Assembly (NCBI GenBank): GCA_038893355.1
Contig: JAWARQ010000002.1
Coordinates: 160,001 to 224,000, forward strand
Direction: 5' to 3'
DNA: 64,000 nucleotides
From: Sulfolobaceae archaeon
GTDB taxonomy: Archaea > Thermoproteota > Thermoprotei_A > Sulfolobales > Sulfolobaceae
Shown one piece after another: positions 40,394 through 50,763 of the stretch. Under the pieces are notes generated by a model. That model worked only from the letters and a program-made list of their open reading frames with translations. It made no database searches and had not been told where the DNA came from. The translations under genes and the position numbers were made by a program. Every line of letters begins with the position of its first letter. The first letter of the stretch is position 1.

Positions 40394-41605
40394 TTATTCT
40401 TTATATTTGATTTTCTTAGATAAAATAATAGGTATTACTGCTGTTAAACTAATGCAGCCTAATGTAATGTAAGCGGTAATAAGGTTACTATATGAGGAGA
40501 TTATCCCTACTAATGCGGGCCCTAAAGCACCCCCTGCTGATATTCCTATTCCCCATACAATGCTATTAGCTGTTGATAGAAACCTTTCTGGTATCATTTC
40601 TGCTACATATGTTAAAAGTAAAGTGAAGGCCTCAAAACTAAATAATCCAAATAATAATAAAATCAAATACGAAATTATAGGGATAGTATATAAAATAGTA
40701 TAAATTATTACTGCTAATGAACCAATTACCGTAGTAATTATCATAGTATTAGCCCTCCCCCACTTATCTGATAGAATACCTAGCAATGGTTGAGAAATTA
40801 CAGAGCCGATTAATGCTATACTTGTTAGAATTCCCACATCAATTCCATACGTATAGCCTGCTACAGTAGATAAAAAGGTTGGCAAGAAGGTAATAAAACC
40901 TTGAGGTAACATACCCTTCATTAATGCTATAAAAGTTAATGCTACTATTGGTATAATAATCCTTTTCTCTAATCTTCTATCAGCAGTAGGAACACTTTTA
41001 CTAGTCTTAGGTATTCTATTAGCAGGAATAGAATCCTTTAACATTAGCAAGATAAGAATACTTACTATTAATGCAAACGTGGGTAAGATGAAGAAGTTAT
41101 TCGAATATATAACTGTCCCGCTAACTATAACAAGTGAAGTGATTACGGTAGGATAAACACTCCTTCCAATAGCGCCTAGTGCACCATTTATTCCGAAAGC
41201 AAATCCTCTATTAGACTGAAAATATTTGGACATTAATGAGGCGCCCAGTGGATGATAAAAAGATGCTGCAAATCCGCCAATTGCTGCAGATAATAATAGT
41301 ATTTGATAATAAATTGTATTAGGTGATAGTAGTGATAGTCCTAATAAAAATAAGGCTATTGACCATAGTAGTATTCCTATGCCCATAAGCTGAGCTGTTC
41401 TTCCAGTAATATCAGCAATTCTACCTATTATTATGCTAGAAATTGCAGAGGTTACTAAGAAAATTACTGATGCAGAAGTTATTTGAATATAGCTCATATT
41501 TCTAGTTAATACAAATATAGGGTAAACTGTTGAATAGGCAATTCCACTTCCATCATTTATGAAATGTGCAATGGAGCTTAATGTGAGTACTCGTGTCTTC
41601 GACAT
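40394..41605 (-). CDS. MFS transporter
   Basis: HFINDG, GRIADITGR, YHPLG, GILSDKWGR; about 12 TM segments. Confidence 0.9.
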   Translation of the reverse strand: MSKTRVLTLSSIAHFINDGSGIAYSTVYPIFVLTRNMSYIQITSASVIFLVTSAISSIIIGRIADITGRTAQLMGIGILLWSIALFLLGLSLLSPNTIYYQILLLSAAIGGFAASFYHPLGASLMSKYFQSNRGFAFGINGALGAIGRSVYPTVITSLVIVSGTVIYSNNFFILPTFALIVSILILLMLKDSIPANRIPKTSKSVPTADRRLEKRIIIPIVALTFIALMKGMLPQGFITFLPTFLSTVAGYTYGIDVGILTSIALIGSVISQPLLGILSDKWGRANTMIITTVIGSLAVIIYTILYTIPIISYLILLLFGLFSFEAFTLLLTYVAEMIPERFLSTANSIVWGIGISAGGALGPALVGIISSYSNLITAYITLGCISLTAVIPIILSKKIKYKE

Positions 41606-41664
41606 AATAAGAGAATCGAGTGACTACAATAAAAATTTGTTTAATGTATTTTTTAAGACAATAT

Positions 41665-42612
41665 TTATTTAAACCGTTTCCTATACTCCATCATAGCTGC
41701 TATTATTTGAGTAATGTTTTCTATCGGAGAAGCAGGTGGATTTCCTAGTAACTCTGAATAAGCTCGTGCAATATTTCCAATTATTCTCTCACTGCTAATC
41801 CAATTTTTATATTCCCCAAGATCTATTTCGAAGGAGGCCTTTATTGGGTCTTTAATACCTTCCTTAAGCTTCTCCCTAGCCTTCTCTCTCACAAAAATTA
41901 GATATTTTAATTCTTCATAAAGTCCCTTATTCCCAAAACCTACTTCACCATGTCCAGGGACATATACTTCTGCATTTAAACTAATCAAGTATTCTATTGC
42001 CCTTATATAACCACTAATATATCCCATTAGTGCAAATGGTGTACAAGGTGGAGAAAAGAATAAATCACCACAAAATACTACTTTCTCATCAGGGAGATAT
42101 ACTATTACATCACTAGTTGTGTGTGCAGGTCCAAGGTACTTTATCTCTATCGTAATGTTATCAAGATATATATACAAGGTATTTTCTATTACAATATCTT
42201 GTGGGGTATACTTTGAACCTTCGAAGCTTATATCTTTAAAGACCTCTTCATATATTACCCTGCCATATTTACTTTTTTCTATGGTCTTCTCTCTCGCTAT
42301 TTTATGAGATATTACAATTGAATTAAATAATTCTTTAAACATATAATTTGTAAGAATGTGATCCTCATGTTCATGTGTATTAATCAAAAATAGCACAGGC
42401 TTATCAGTGACTCTTTTAATCTCTTTAATAAATTCTTTAGTCATCCTACTATTTGTCAGAGAATCTATAACGACTGAATAATTTCTACCTACTATTAATC
42501 CTGCGTTACTTATAAACCAATCTCCATTTTGCTGGATGTAAGCATAAACATTATCTGATATCTGTTTGAGTTCACCTATTATATTCTGCATAAAGTAAAA
42601 AATGATTATCAC
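41665..42612 (-). CDS. metallo-beta-lactamase-fold hydrolase (cyclase-like)
   Basis: SNAG, NTHEHEDH, AHT, GDL, PGHG. Confidence 0.88.
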   Translation of the reverse strand: MIIIFYFMQNIIGELKQISDNVYAYIQQNGDWFISNAGLIVGRNYSVVIDSLTNSRMTKEFIKEIKRVTDKPVLFLINTHEHEDHILTNYMFKELFNSIVISHKIAREKTIEKSKYGRVIYEEVFKDISFEGSKYTPQDIVIENTLYIYLDNITIEIKYLGPAHTTSDVIVYLPDEKVVFCGDLFFSPPCTPFALMGYISGYIRAIEYLISLNAEVYVPGHGEVGFGNKGLYEELKYLIFVREKAREKLKEGIKDPIKASFEIDLGEYKNWISSERIIGNIARAYSELLGNPPASPIENITQIIAAMMEYRKRFK

Positions 42613-42626
42613 TTAAAAAATATATC

Positions 42627-42959
42627 TTAAAAAGTAAGAATTTGATATCCTTGTTTTATATATAATGAAACTCTTTCTCCTGCTGGAAATAGATTTATCC
42701 CTATTCTTTCTAAATTTGGTTTTATTTTCATAGCTTCAGCAACTCCTATACATGCTGAGTCAACTATTTTCTCTTTTATTAATTCTTCTAACATGCTTTT
42801 TTGGTCTCCAGTAAGTTCTATTAACTTTTTCTGACTAGGTCCAAAGAAAATTATCTTAATGTCATCAAACCTTTTATTTTTATAAGAATTATAAGCCATT
42901 CTTAACGCTAGGTCGAATTTCTCATCAGATGACATTATTAGAAATACTACCTTACTCAT
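42627..42959 (-). CDS. DsrE-family protein
   Basis: IIFFGPSQ, SAC, GYQILTF. Confidence 0.75.
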   Translation of the reverse strand: MSKVVFLIMSSDEKFDLALRMAYNSYKNKRFDDIKIIFFGPSQKKLIELTGDQKSMLEELIKEKIVDSACIGVAEAMKIKPNLERIGINLFPAGERVSLYIKQGYQILTF

Positions 42960-43116
42960 AGGCTATTATATAAATTAATATTATTATATGTTTTTCTTAA
43001 AATCTGATAACTACCGTAGTCTCTTATACATTATATAATCTAATTTATGATAAATCTAAAACTGAGTTTTTTATAGACAATCTTTTATTTTACAATCGGT
43101 TAACGATATCGGGAAT

Positions 43117-43578
43117 ATGAAAGTATTTCGTAAGTTTTTATTATTAAATTATGCATTTATATGGGGTAAACCAAGAGGTTTAAGAAGAATAATATTAACT
43201 TTACTTTCTAGAAAGGAAATGAGTGGTGCAGAAATAATTGAATCCATCGAGAATATGACATGGGGTTATTGGAGACCTTCACCCGGTAGCGTCTATCCCC
43301 TATTAAAAGAATTGGAAGCTGAAGGGTTAATCGAACATAGAGAAGTAGGTAATGTAAAAGTATATAGACTTACAGAGAAAGGTAAGAAAGAACTAACTCT
43401 TTTTTACCATCCAATTTGGTTTGGAGAAATGCCTAGAGGAATTCCAGAAATTATTGAAGTCTTAGAAGGTTACGCAGAATATCTAGTTGAGAAAAGAGAT
43501 GAAGTGTTAAGAGATGAAAAGTTAAGGGAAAGGATTAAAAAAATAGTTGAAATATTAAAGAAAAATTTTGGTGATTAA
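43117..43578 (+). CDS. PadR family transcription regulator
   Basis: WRPSPGSVYPLLKELE..GLI...YRLTEKG. Confidence 0.9.
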   Translation: MKVFRKFLLLNYAFIWGKPRGLRRIILTLLSRKEMSGAEIIESIENMTWGYWRPSPGSVYPLLKELEAEGLIEHREVGNVKVYRLTEKGKKELTLFYHPIWFGEMPRGIPEIIEVLEGYAEYLVEKRDEVLRDEKLRERIKKIVEILKKNFGD

Positions 43579-44551
43579 AATGAAAGAAATAGAAGTAATT
43601 AATTTAGTAAAAAAATATAATGATGTAATAGCATTAAATGGTATTTCCTTCTCAGTTGAAAAGAAGGAAATATTTGGATTATTGGGACCTAATGGAGCAG
43701 GTAAGACTACGACTATTAAAATTCTAACGGGTTTAACTAAGCCTACAGCAGGAGAGGCATACGTGGCTGGATTTAATGTTGTTAAAAATCCTAAGGAAGT
43801 TAAAAAGAGAATAGGTTGGGTGGCTTCGGAAGTAATACTTGATGACGAACTGACAGTATGGGAAAATATAGAATTACAGGCAAGACTTCATTCATTAAAG
43901 GGTTGGCAAGATAGAGGAAAAGAGTTACTAAGAGTCTTCGATCTTCAAAACTACTCTAATAAGCCTGTCGGTAAACTTTCTACGGGGATGAGAAAGAAGC
44001 TAGAGATAATTACTGCTATTTTACATTCACCAGAGGTAATATTTATGGATGAACCGACGATAGGCTTAGATGTTAATACAAGAATGTTAATATGGTCGAT
44101 GATAAGACAAATAAACAAGGAATTTGATGTGACGATACTACTTACTACTCATTATATGGAAGAAGCAGATCAATTATGTAACAGAGTTGCTATAATAAAT
44201 CAAGGGAAGATAGTTGATATAGGTTCTCCATTAGAATTAAAGTCAAAAATTAGTGGTGATGTTATCGAAATTGAAGTAAATGAGCTAGGTAATGATGTTC
44301 AAAAATTAAAGCAAATTGAAGGTATTGAGGAACTTATTATAGCAGATGGTAAAATAAGAATTAAGGCTAAGAATGCTGAAAAGATAATTCCAGACCTTGT
44401 TAAGTCTATAGACTTTTCTAAGGTAAAGTCAATGAAGATCGAAAGACCTACATTAGATACAGTATTTATGATTCTTACAGGTAAAAGAATTGAAGAATCT
44501 AATGTAGATTTCAGAAAGCTATATATGAACATAAGGAGGGTTAGAATGTAA
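43568..44551 (+). CDS. ABC-2 type (DrrA-like) exporter ATPase
   Basis: GPNGAGKTT, LSTGM, MDEPTIGLD, TTHYMEEA. Confidence 0.92.
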   Translation: MVIKMKEIEVINLVKKYNDVIALNGISFSVEKKEIFGLLGPNGAGKTTTIKILTGLTKPTAGEAYVAGFNVVKNPKEVKKRIGWVASEVILDDELTVWENIELQARLHSLKGWQDRGKELLRVFDLQNYSNKPVGKLSTGMRKKLEIITAILHSPEVIFMDEPTIGLDVNTRMLIWSMIRQINKEFDVTILLTTHYMEEADQLCNRVAIINQGKIVDIGSPLELKSKISGDVIEIEVNELGNDVQKLKQIEGIEELIIADGKIRIKAKNAEKIIPDLVKSIDFSKVKSMKIERPTLDTVFMILTGKRIEESNVDFRKLYMNIRRVRM

Positions 44552-45324
44552 TGCTAAGTGAGTTTATTGGTTTGTTAAAGCGAGAGGTAATGAGATCCTT
44601 TAGGAGTTTCGTAATAGTACTTATAATGATTCTTCAGCCTATTATGTGGCTAATATTCTTTGGAAGTAGTCTTTCTGGTCTTCCTAATCAATTTTTAAGG
44701 AACTTCTTTGGAGTCGATAACTACATTGCATACCTATTACCTGGACAACTCTCGGTTTCTATGCTCTTTATAGGCTTTTTTAGTTCAATGAGCTTAATTT
44801 GGGACAAGAGATTTGGTTTCCTTAAGAAGATATTAATTACTCCAGCACCGAAAGAGGTTGTGTCTATATCTAAGATATTAGGTGCAACAATTAGAGGTCT
44901 ATTTCAAGTTCCTATAATGATATTAGTTTCAATTCCATTAGGTGTTAAAATTCCACTCGATCCTATAGGAATATTATGCTGGATACTTGGCCTCTTTATG
45001 CTGGGAGTAGGATTTTCGAGCCTCTTTATGATAATTTCGATATCGTCATCAGATTGGCAAGTTCCACAAATTGTTTCAAATGCAATAAATCTACCATTAA
45101 TGTTTACAAGTACTACACTATTTCCAAGAACGTTCTTTCCAGAGTGGATGAGAGTAATTAGCGAATATAACCCAATATCCTATGCGGCAGATTTAGGAAG
45201 GTCTGTGATAAATGGAGAACCAATTTCGAGTTATATTAATGATCTTATTTTCCTTATTATATTCGCATTAATATTCTTAATATTAAATATCGTAATCACG
45301 AAGAGATATCTTCAAGCAGAATAG
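44551..45324 (+). CDS. ABC-2 type permease
   Basis: QPIMWL, DKRFGFLKKILITP, YNPISYA; about 6 TM segments. Confidence 0.9.
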   Translation: MLSEFIGLLKREVMRSFRSFVIVLIMILQPIMWLIFFGSSLSGLPNQFLRNFFGVDNYIAYLLPGQLSVSMLFIGFFSSMSLIWDKRFGFLKKILITPAPKEVVSISKILGATIRGLFQVPIMILVSIPLGVKIPLDPIGILCWILGLFMLGVGFSSLFMIISISSSDWQVPQIVSNAINLPLMFTSTTLFPRTFFPEWMRVISEYNPISYAADLGRSVINGEPISSYINDLIFLIIFALIFLILNIVITKRYLQAE

Positions 45325-45397
45325 TTTCTTTAATAATTTTATTTTTAGTTGATTTTGGATTCAAGCTTTTAAACTACAAGAAATTGGGTTAATAGTC

Positions 45398-46507
45398 ATG
45401 GATAAAAATAGATTTATAGTTATAGGCATTTCAGTTATGCTATTTAATTCTCTTTATCAATATTCATGGAATGCATTTTTACCGCTTTTAGAGAATGGTC
45501 TTGATGTAGATTTTGTTAAAATTCAAGTAGGTTATACTTTGTTTAACATTTTTTCAACAATTTCTCAAATGATAGGAGGTAGTATAGCTGATAAATACGG
45601 TCCCAGATTAATAGGAATAATAGCATCTATACTTTCTGCTATAGGATTCTTAGGTACTAGTCTAATTCCAAATTTATTCTCTTTCTATATTTTTTGGTCA
45701 TTAGGAAGTATAGGTGAAGGCATATTGTATGGAATAGCTACAAATTTAGCAATAAAATGGTTCATTGATAAGAGAGGATTTGTAGTAGGTATCGTCTCTT
45801 TAGGATTCGGTTTAGGTGCAACTATTGCAAATCCGATTCTATCTCTATTTGTGGATCATAAACTTCCCTTTCTAGTAATAGGCTTAATTGAAATATTTAT
45901 ATTACCAGTTTTAATGTATTTTTCTGAATACCCTGCAGCAAATACTAAGGGAAGTTCGCCAAAGCAATTAGTTTCAGATAAGTTTTGGTGGTTAGTATAC
46001 TTTTCATTTACGTTTAGCTTAGTACCACTTATGATAATGTCCTCTTCTCTAACAAAAATAGCATCATACTTACCTAAAGAAATAGTAGTGTGGCTTATTA
46101 GTTTATTTCCCCTACTCAGTGGAATAGGCAGACCGGCACTAGGTAGGATTTCTGATATTTTAGGAGAGACAAAAATGATATTAACTACAAATCTACTGCT
46201 AGTTATAGCTAATGTACTTCTTATATTTAAATTGTATATATTTTCTGTACTAATGATAGGATTATTTGGTGGATCATTAATAACACTTTATTTTTCCTTC
46301 TTAGGAGAGATTTATGGAATAAAATACTCTACTACAAATACTGGAATATTATACACGGGAAAGGCGATATCGGGATTTCTAGGTAGTGTTATATTCAGCT
46401 ATCTTTATTTATATAATCAAATGCTAGGTATCAGTTTTTCTCTAATTTGTTCAGTTATAGGGTTAATATTAATCTTAATATTTTCTAAGAAGAAACTTAG
46501 AATCTAG
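45398..46507 (+). CDS. MFS transporter, oxalate/formate antiporter-like
   Basis: YQYSWN, ADKYGPR, KWFIDKRG, LYTGKA. Confidence 0.85.
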   Translation: MDKNRFIVIGISVMLFNSLYQYSWNAFLPLLENGLDVDFVKIQVGYTLFNIFSTISQMIGGSIADKYGPRLIGIIASILSAIGFLGTSLIPNLFSFYIFWSLGSIGEGILYGIATNLAIKWFIDKRGFVVGIVSLGFGLGATIANPILSLFVDHKLPFLVIGLIEIFILPVLMYFSEYPAANTKGSSPKQLVSDKFWWLVYFSFTFSLVPLMIMSSSLTKIASYLPKEIVVWLISLFPLLSGIGRPALGRISDILGETKMILTTNLLLVIANVLLIFKLYIFSVLMIGLFGGSLITLYFSFLGEIYGIKYSTTNTGILYTGKAISGFLGSVIFSYLYLYNQMLGISFSLICSVIGLILILIFSKKKLRI

Positions 46508-46632
46508 TTGCTCTGCTTATATTATTATTACCATTTAAAATTTTAAATTTAGATACAACAGAATTAAAAATCTTTTAATTATATCGAGTTTAACATTAAA
46601 AATATTTAATAGCACCAATACTTAGTATTAAA

Positions 46633-47775
46633 ATGTCCGCTATAGTAGATGCGTCAATAATTAAGTTTGGAAAGAGGAAGGAAAGCATATTTGAGATTTC
46701 AATTAATGTGTGTAAAGATCTTATAAGTAAATACGAAAATGATATAGATTTTGTAATAGTTTCAAATACATATTCTGGTGAATTTAATAATATTTCTGGA
46801 TTAAATAATCTCATAACAAGTTATTTAGGACTAGATAAAGTTCCCAGTATGAGGATAGACAACACAAGCGGAAGTGGTGGTACTGCAATAATTACTGCTG
46901 ATCTTATGATCAGAAGCGGCTTAGCTAAAACTATATTGGTTTTAGGAATAGAAAAAATGTCAGAGAAGCAGACTAGGGAAGTTACAGAAATAATATCATC
47001 GTTATTACCGAAATCAGAACGTCTCGCAGGACTTTCATTACCTTCACTCGCTGCATTTATGGCTAAAGAATACATGAGAAGGTATAATGTACCAAGGGAA
47101 GCTATAGCATTAGTTGCAGTAAAGAATCATGAACATGGCTATTACAATCCTTACGCACATATTAACAAAAAAGTAACATTAGAAGAAGTTTTATCTTCAC
47201 CTATTATAGCTGATCCTTTAAGATTATATGAGTATACACCAATAAGTGATGGGGCAGCTGCAGTGATAATGACGTCTAAGGAAACTGCTGAAAGTTTTAC
47301 AAAAAAACCGGTTTACATTAAAGGATTTGGAATTTCTTCAGATACCTCTTTTATAACTAGTAGAAGTAATTTTATAGAAATTAATTCCACTAGGGAAGCT
47401 GCAATTAAGGCATATAGGATGGCTAAAATTACACCTGCTGAGGTTAATTTTGCTGAGGTTCATGATATGGCTACTATTTTAGAAATAGTGATTACAGAAG
47501 AACTAGGATTTTTTGAAAGAGGGAAGGGTTGGATGGCTGTAAGGGATGGCAAAACTTGGCTTAATGGAGAGAAAGTAATTAATCCTAGTGGAGGATTAAA
47601 TTCTAAGGGACATCCTATTGGTGCTACTGGTGTAGCTCAAGCTTATGAAGCTTTCGTACAATTAAGAGGAGAGGCTGGAAGTAGACAAGTTAAAAATGCT
47701 AGAATAGGACTAACTCATAATATGGCAGGATTTGGTAATTTAAGCAGTGTAATAATATTTGGTGTTGAACCATGA
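46633..47775 (+). CDS. thiolase-family protein (SCP-x type)
   Basis: VKNH, PISDGAAA, AEVHD, NPSGG..KGHPIGATG; usual active-site Cys appears replaced (NTSGSG). Confidence 0.88.
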   Translation: MSAIVDASIIKFGKRKESIFEISINVCKDLISKYENDIDFVIVSNTYSGEFNNISGLNNLITSYLGLDKVPSMRIDNTSGSGGTAIITADLMIRSGLAKTILVLGIEKMSEKQTREVTEIISSLLPKSERLAGLSLPSLAAFMAKEYMRRYNVPREAIALVAVKNHEHGYYNPYAHINKKVTLEEVLSSPIIADPLRLYEYTPISDGAAAVIMTSKETAESFTKKPVYIKGFGISSDTSFITSRSNFIEINSTREAAIKAYRMAKITPAEVNFAEVHDMATILEIVITEELGFFERGKGWMAVRDGKTWLNGEKVINPSGGLNSKGHPIGATGVAQAYEAFVQLRGEAGSRQVKNARIGLTHNMAGFGNLSSVIIFGVEP

Positions 47776-48071
47776 AATTCTACTTTTGTAAGAATTGTGG
47801 AAGACCTTTCCTAGAGAGGAAATTAAAGTGTAGCTGTGGCTCATTTGAATTTGGGGAAAATGAAGTAAATTCTGGAAGGATAGTGTATTCTGTTATGCTT
47901 AGTGTTCCTCCTAAGGATTATCCAGATAAGATATATCTTAATTTAGTAACTGATGGTAAAATTAAACTATTTTGTTTTTCTTTAGTTGAAGTTAGTGAGG
48001 GTGAGGAGGTTAAAATAATTGAGGAAAACGGTAAGATATTCTGTGAGAAGAAAGATAGGAATATTTTATAG
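47772..48071 (+). CDS. DUF35 Zn-ribbon/OB-fold thiolase partner
   Basis: CKNCG...CSCG; overlaps the thiolase stop. Confidence 0.8.
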   Translation: MKFYFCKNCGRPFLERKLKCSCGSFEFGENEVNSGRIVYSVMLSVPPKDYPDKIYLNLVTDGKIKLFCFSLVEVSEGEEVKIIEENGKIFCEKKDRNIL

Positions 48072-48117
48072 AAGAATAAGATATAAACTATTTTTCGATA
48101 TAAGATAATGATGCTAG

Positions 48118-48942
48118 TTGATGGATAAAAGCGAAGTAATAAGCGTATTAAAAAGGTCAATTGAAGTCTTTGATACTAAACCTTTATTGCTAGACCTAGG
48201 TGAGGCTGAAAGAGTAGTATTTGTAGGTGATACACATACTGCAATTGAGGTATCTTCATATGTGGTTAAAGAATATATCGATAAGGTAGATAGGATAATA
48301 TTCTTAGGAGATTATGTTGATAGAGGATATACTGGAGTAGAGAATCTAGTGTATCTGCTAAAGAAGATGTTGGAAAATCAAAATAAAATAGTACTTTTGA
48401 GGGGGAATCATGAAAGTCCTATTACTAATAAGTATTATGGATTTTATGATGAGGTTATTTCTAAATACGATGACGAAATTTATTATCTATTTGTCGAGAT
48501 GTTTGCGAAAATGCCCTATGCAGCAGTAATTAATAAGTACTTATGTGTTCATGGGGGTCTTGCAAAGGGATTAAAAAAGGTTGAAGAGATTAATAACTTA
48601 CCTAAAAATGATTTAGAGCCTATTAATCCAATAGCATTGCAACTATTATGGAATGATCCTAGAGAGGGCTTTGAGGGGTTTTTACCAAGTCCTAGAGGTG
48701 ATGGTATATATTTATTTGGTAGAGATGTTACAGAGAAGTTCTTAAATGAAAACAACCTAATTGGAATAATAAGAGGTCATGAAGCAGTAAATGGAGTTAG
48801 GGAACACTTTAATGGTAAAGTAAAAACTGTATTTTCTAGTATTTATCATGGTTACCCACCAGCTATACTTGTATATAATAGAGGAAATTTCGTGAAGTAT
48901 TTAATAGACGTACCTATAAGTGATCAGGATGATTTCTCTTAG
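48118..48942 (+). CDS. PPP-family Ser/Thr protein phosphatase (PP2A-like)
   Basis: GDTH, GDYVDRG, LRGNHE, HGG, LLWNDP, IRGHE. Confidence 0.93.
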   Translation: MMDKSEVISVLKRSIEVFDTKPLLLDLGEAERVVFVGDTHTAIEVSSYVVKEYIDKVDRIIFLGDYVDRGYTGVENLVYLLKKMLENQNKIVLLRGNHESPITNKYYGFYDEVISKYDDEIYYLFVEMFAKMPYAAVINKYLCVHGGLAKGLKKVEEINNLPKNDLEPINPIALQLLWNDPREGFEGFLPSPRGDGIYLFGRDVTEKFLNENNLIGIIRGHEAVNGVREHFNGKVKTVFSSIYHGYPPAILVYNRGNFVKYLIDVPISDQDDFS

Positions 48943-50071
48943 GTTAGATTATAGTCATAGATTTTCAACGGATAACGAGGTGAAAGGTTTCTTTAGAATT
49001 ATGATAATTCCAGAAAAATTGTGGACTGCAAAAAATTTACATCATATAATCTTAATAGACACAAGTAGTTCTATGAAAGGAGAAAAAATTGAAAAGGCTA
49101 AAGTTGCTGCAGAAAGGTACCTACAAAAAATTCCAGAAGGTAATATAATTACCTTAATAGCTTTTTCTACTACTGTTGACGTAATAGTAGAGGGATCTAG
49201 GAATAAGGACGTAGTAAGGAGTTATTTAAATAACCTCATAGCATCTGGAGTTACTGCACTATATACAGCAATATCTACAGCAATAAAGATTGCAAAGTCT
49301 AGTAGTACTACTGGAATAATAGTATTATTAACTGACGGTATGCCAACTGATGTGACGCTAATTGATGCGTATAGGAACCTTCAATTTCCACAAGGCTACA
49401 AATGGATACTATTAGGATTAGGTCAAGATTATAATGAGGAGCTACTAAAGTTAATTGCTGATCAGTCAGGTGGGGTTCTATTTCATATAGAAGATCCTGA
49501 AGTCCTGCCTAACATATTTGATCAAATAGCAATAGATAGAATTGCAGCAAAAAATCTAAAAATACATATTATTGGAGAAAATTTTAAAATATTAAATTAC
49601 AAATCTAATCCAATATTTTTAGGTGCAGTAGAATCTATAATAAAGATTTATGGTGAATATATTATTCCACCAAGATATAGCGGTGATCTTATTAAGATTA
49701 AGGCGGAGTTTCTATCTGAAGATGATAAAAAAATTTCTTTAGAAGAGAGAATTAATATTTTATATAATTCTAATAAAAACGAATTTTTATCAAATATAAA
49801 TAAGGAAATAATTTATGAGTATAATTATCTTCAATCCATAGTTAAATATTACGAGGATATAAGAAGTGGAGATTTCATAGAAGCTACTAGAAGAATAAAA
49901 GAAGCTCTCGAATTTGCAGAAAGGACTAGAAGAATAGATCTTATAGAAGCTACTAGAAGAATGTTAGAATCCCATGAACAGACTATAAGGCTCCAAAATC
50001 CCGAATCTACAAGAAAGTTTCAGAAAGAAATTACTAGTGAAGTTACAAAGAAATTAAGATCATCTTCCTAA
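48920..50071 (+). CDS. vWA domain protein, ArnB-like
   Basis: DTSSSM MIDAS, LLTDG, C-terminal helical tail with repeated (E)ATRR/TKK motifs. Confidence 0.82.
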   Translation: MIRMISLRLDYSHRFSTDNEVKGFFRIMIIPEKLWTAKNLHHIILIDTSSSMKGEKIEKAKVAAERYLQKIPEGNIITLIAFSTTVDVIVEGSRNKDVVRSYLNNLIASGVTALYTAISTAIKIAKSSSTTGIIVLLTDGMPTDVTLIDAYRNLQFPQGYKWILLGLGQDYNEELLKLIADQSGGVLFHIEDPEVLPNIFDQIAIDRIAAKNLKIHIIGENFKILNYKSNPIFLGAVESIIKIYGEYIIPPRYSGDLIKIKAEFLSEDDKKISLEERINILYNSNKNEFLSNINKEIIYEYNYLQSIVKYYEDIRSGDFIEATRRIKEALEFAERTRRIDLIEATRRMLESHEQTIRLQNPESTRKFQKEITSEVTKKLRSSS

Positions 50072-50081
50072 GGTCTAAGGG

Positions 50082-50732
50082 ATGAAAGAAATTTCGATCT
50101 TAAGTATACGATTAAAAAGATTTTCAATTTTATTTATGATATCACAGATCATTTTTCTTTCTTTATCTTTATTTTTTAGTATTATATTTGTTAATATATT
50201 TAATTATGATTTAACAAATTTAATTAAAGTCAGATCATATTTTTTTCTTTCAGTATTTATATTAGGTGTATTATCATCAATATTTGCTATTCTTTCTTTA
50301 TATGAATTAGAAAAATTATATAAATATTTATATTTTAAAATTTCTAAATCTTTTTATTACCCGCATCTTGGAACACTAATGTTATTATCTTCATTATATT
50401 CAATAATTGGAATTTTTATATTTATAATTCTATTTTCATATCTCACGAATTATATAAATATCTTAGAAGGTTTAACGATTTCATTACCAATAATTATAAT
50501 TATTGGAATTTTAGGAGTTATTGGCCAGATTCTCTCTTTATATCTAGGCTTAAAGAGATTAGCAGAAACTATAAAGTTAAGTAAATTATTAAAAATTGCA
50601 AAACTGTACTTAATATCAGCACTTCTATTACTTTTCCCCTTATCTATAATTTTTCCTATTAATGAAGTTTTATCCATAATAAGCAGTATCATGTTATATA
50701 AATTATTTAAGAACAAGAAGGACAACAATTAA
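50082..50732 (+). CDS. multi-pass membrane protein (DUF973/DUF996-like)
   Basis: several hydrophobic segments; family call tentative. Confidence 0.55.
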   Translation: MKEISILSIRLKRFSILFMISQIIFLSLSLFFSIIFVNIFNYDLTNLIKVRSYFFLSVFILGVLSSIFAILSLYELEKLYKYLYFKISKSFYYPHLGTLMLLSSLYSIIGIFIFIILFSYLTNYINILEGLTISLPIIIIIGILGVIGQILSLYLGLKRLAETIKLSKLLKIAKLYLISALLLLFPLSIIFPINEVLSIISSIMLYKLFKNKKDNN

Positions 50733-50763
50733 AGCCTAAATGTAAGATATTTCTAATAGAACA

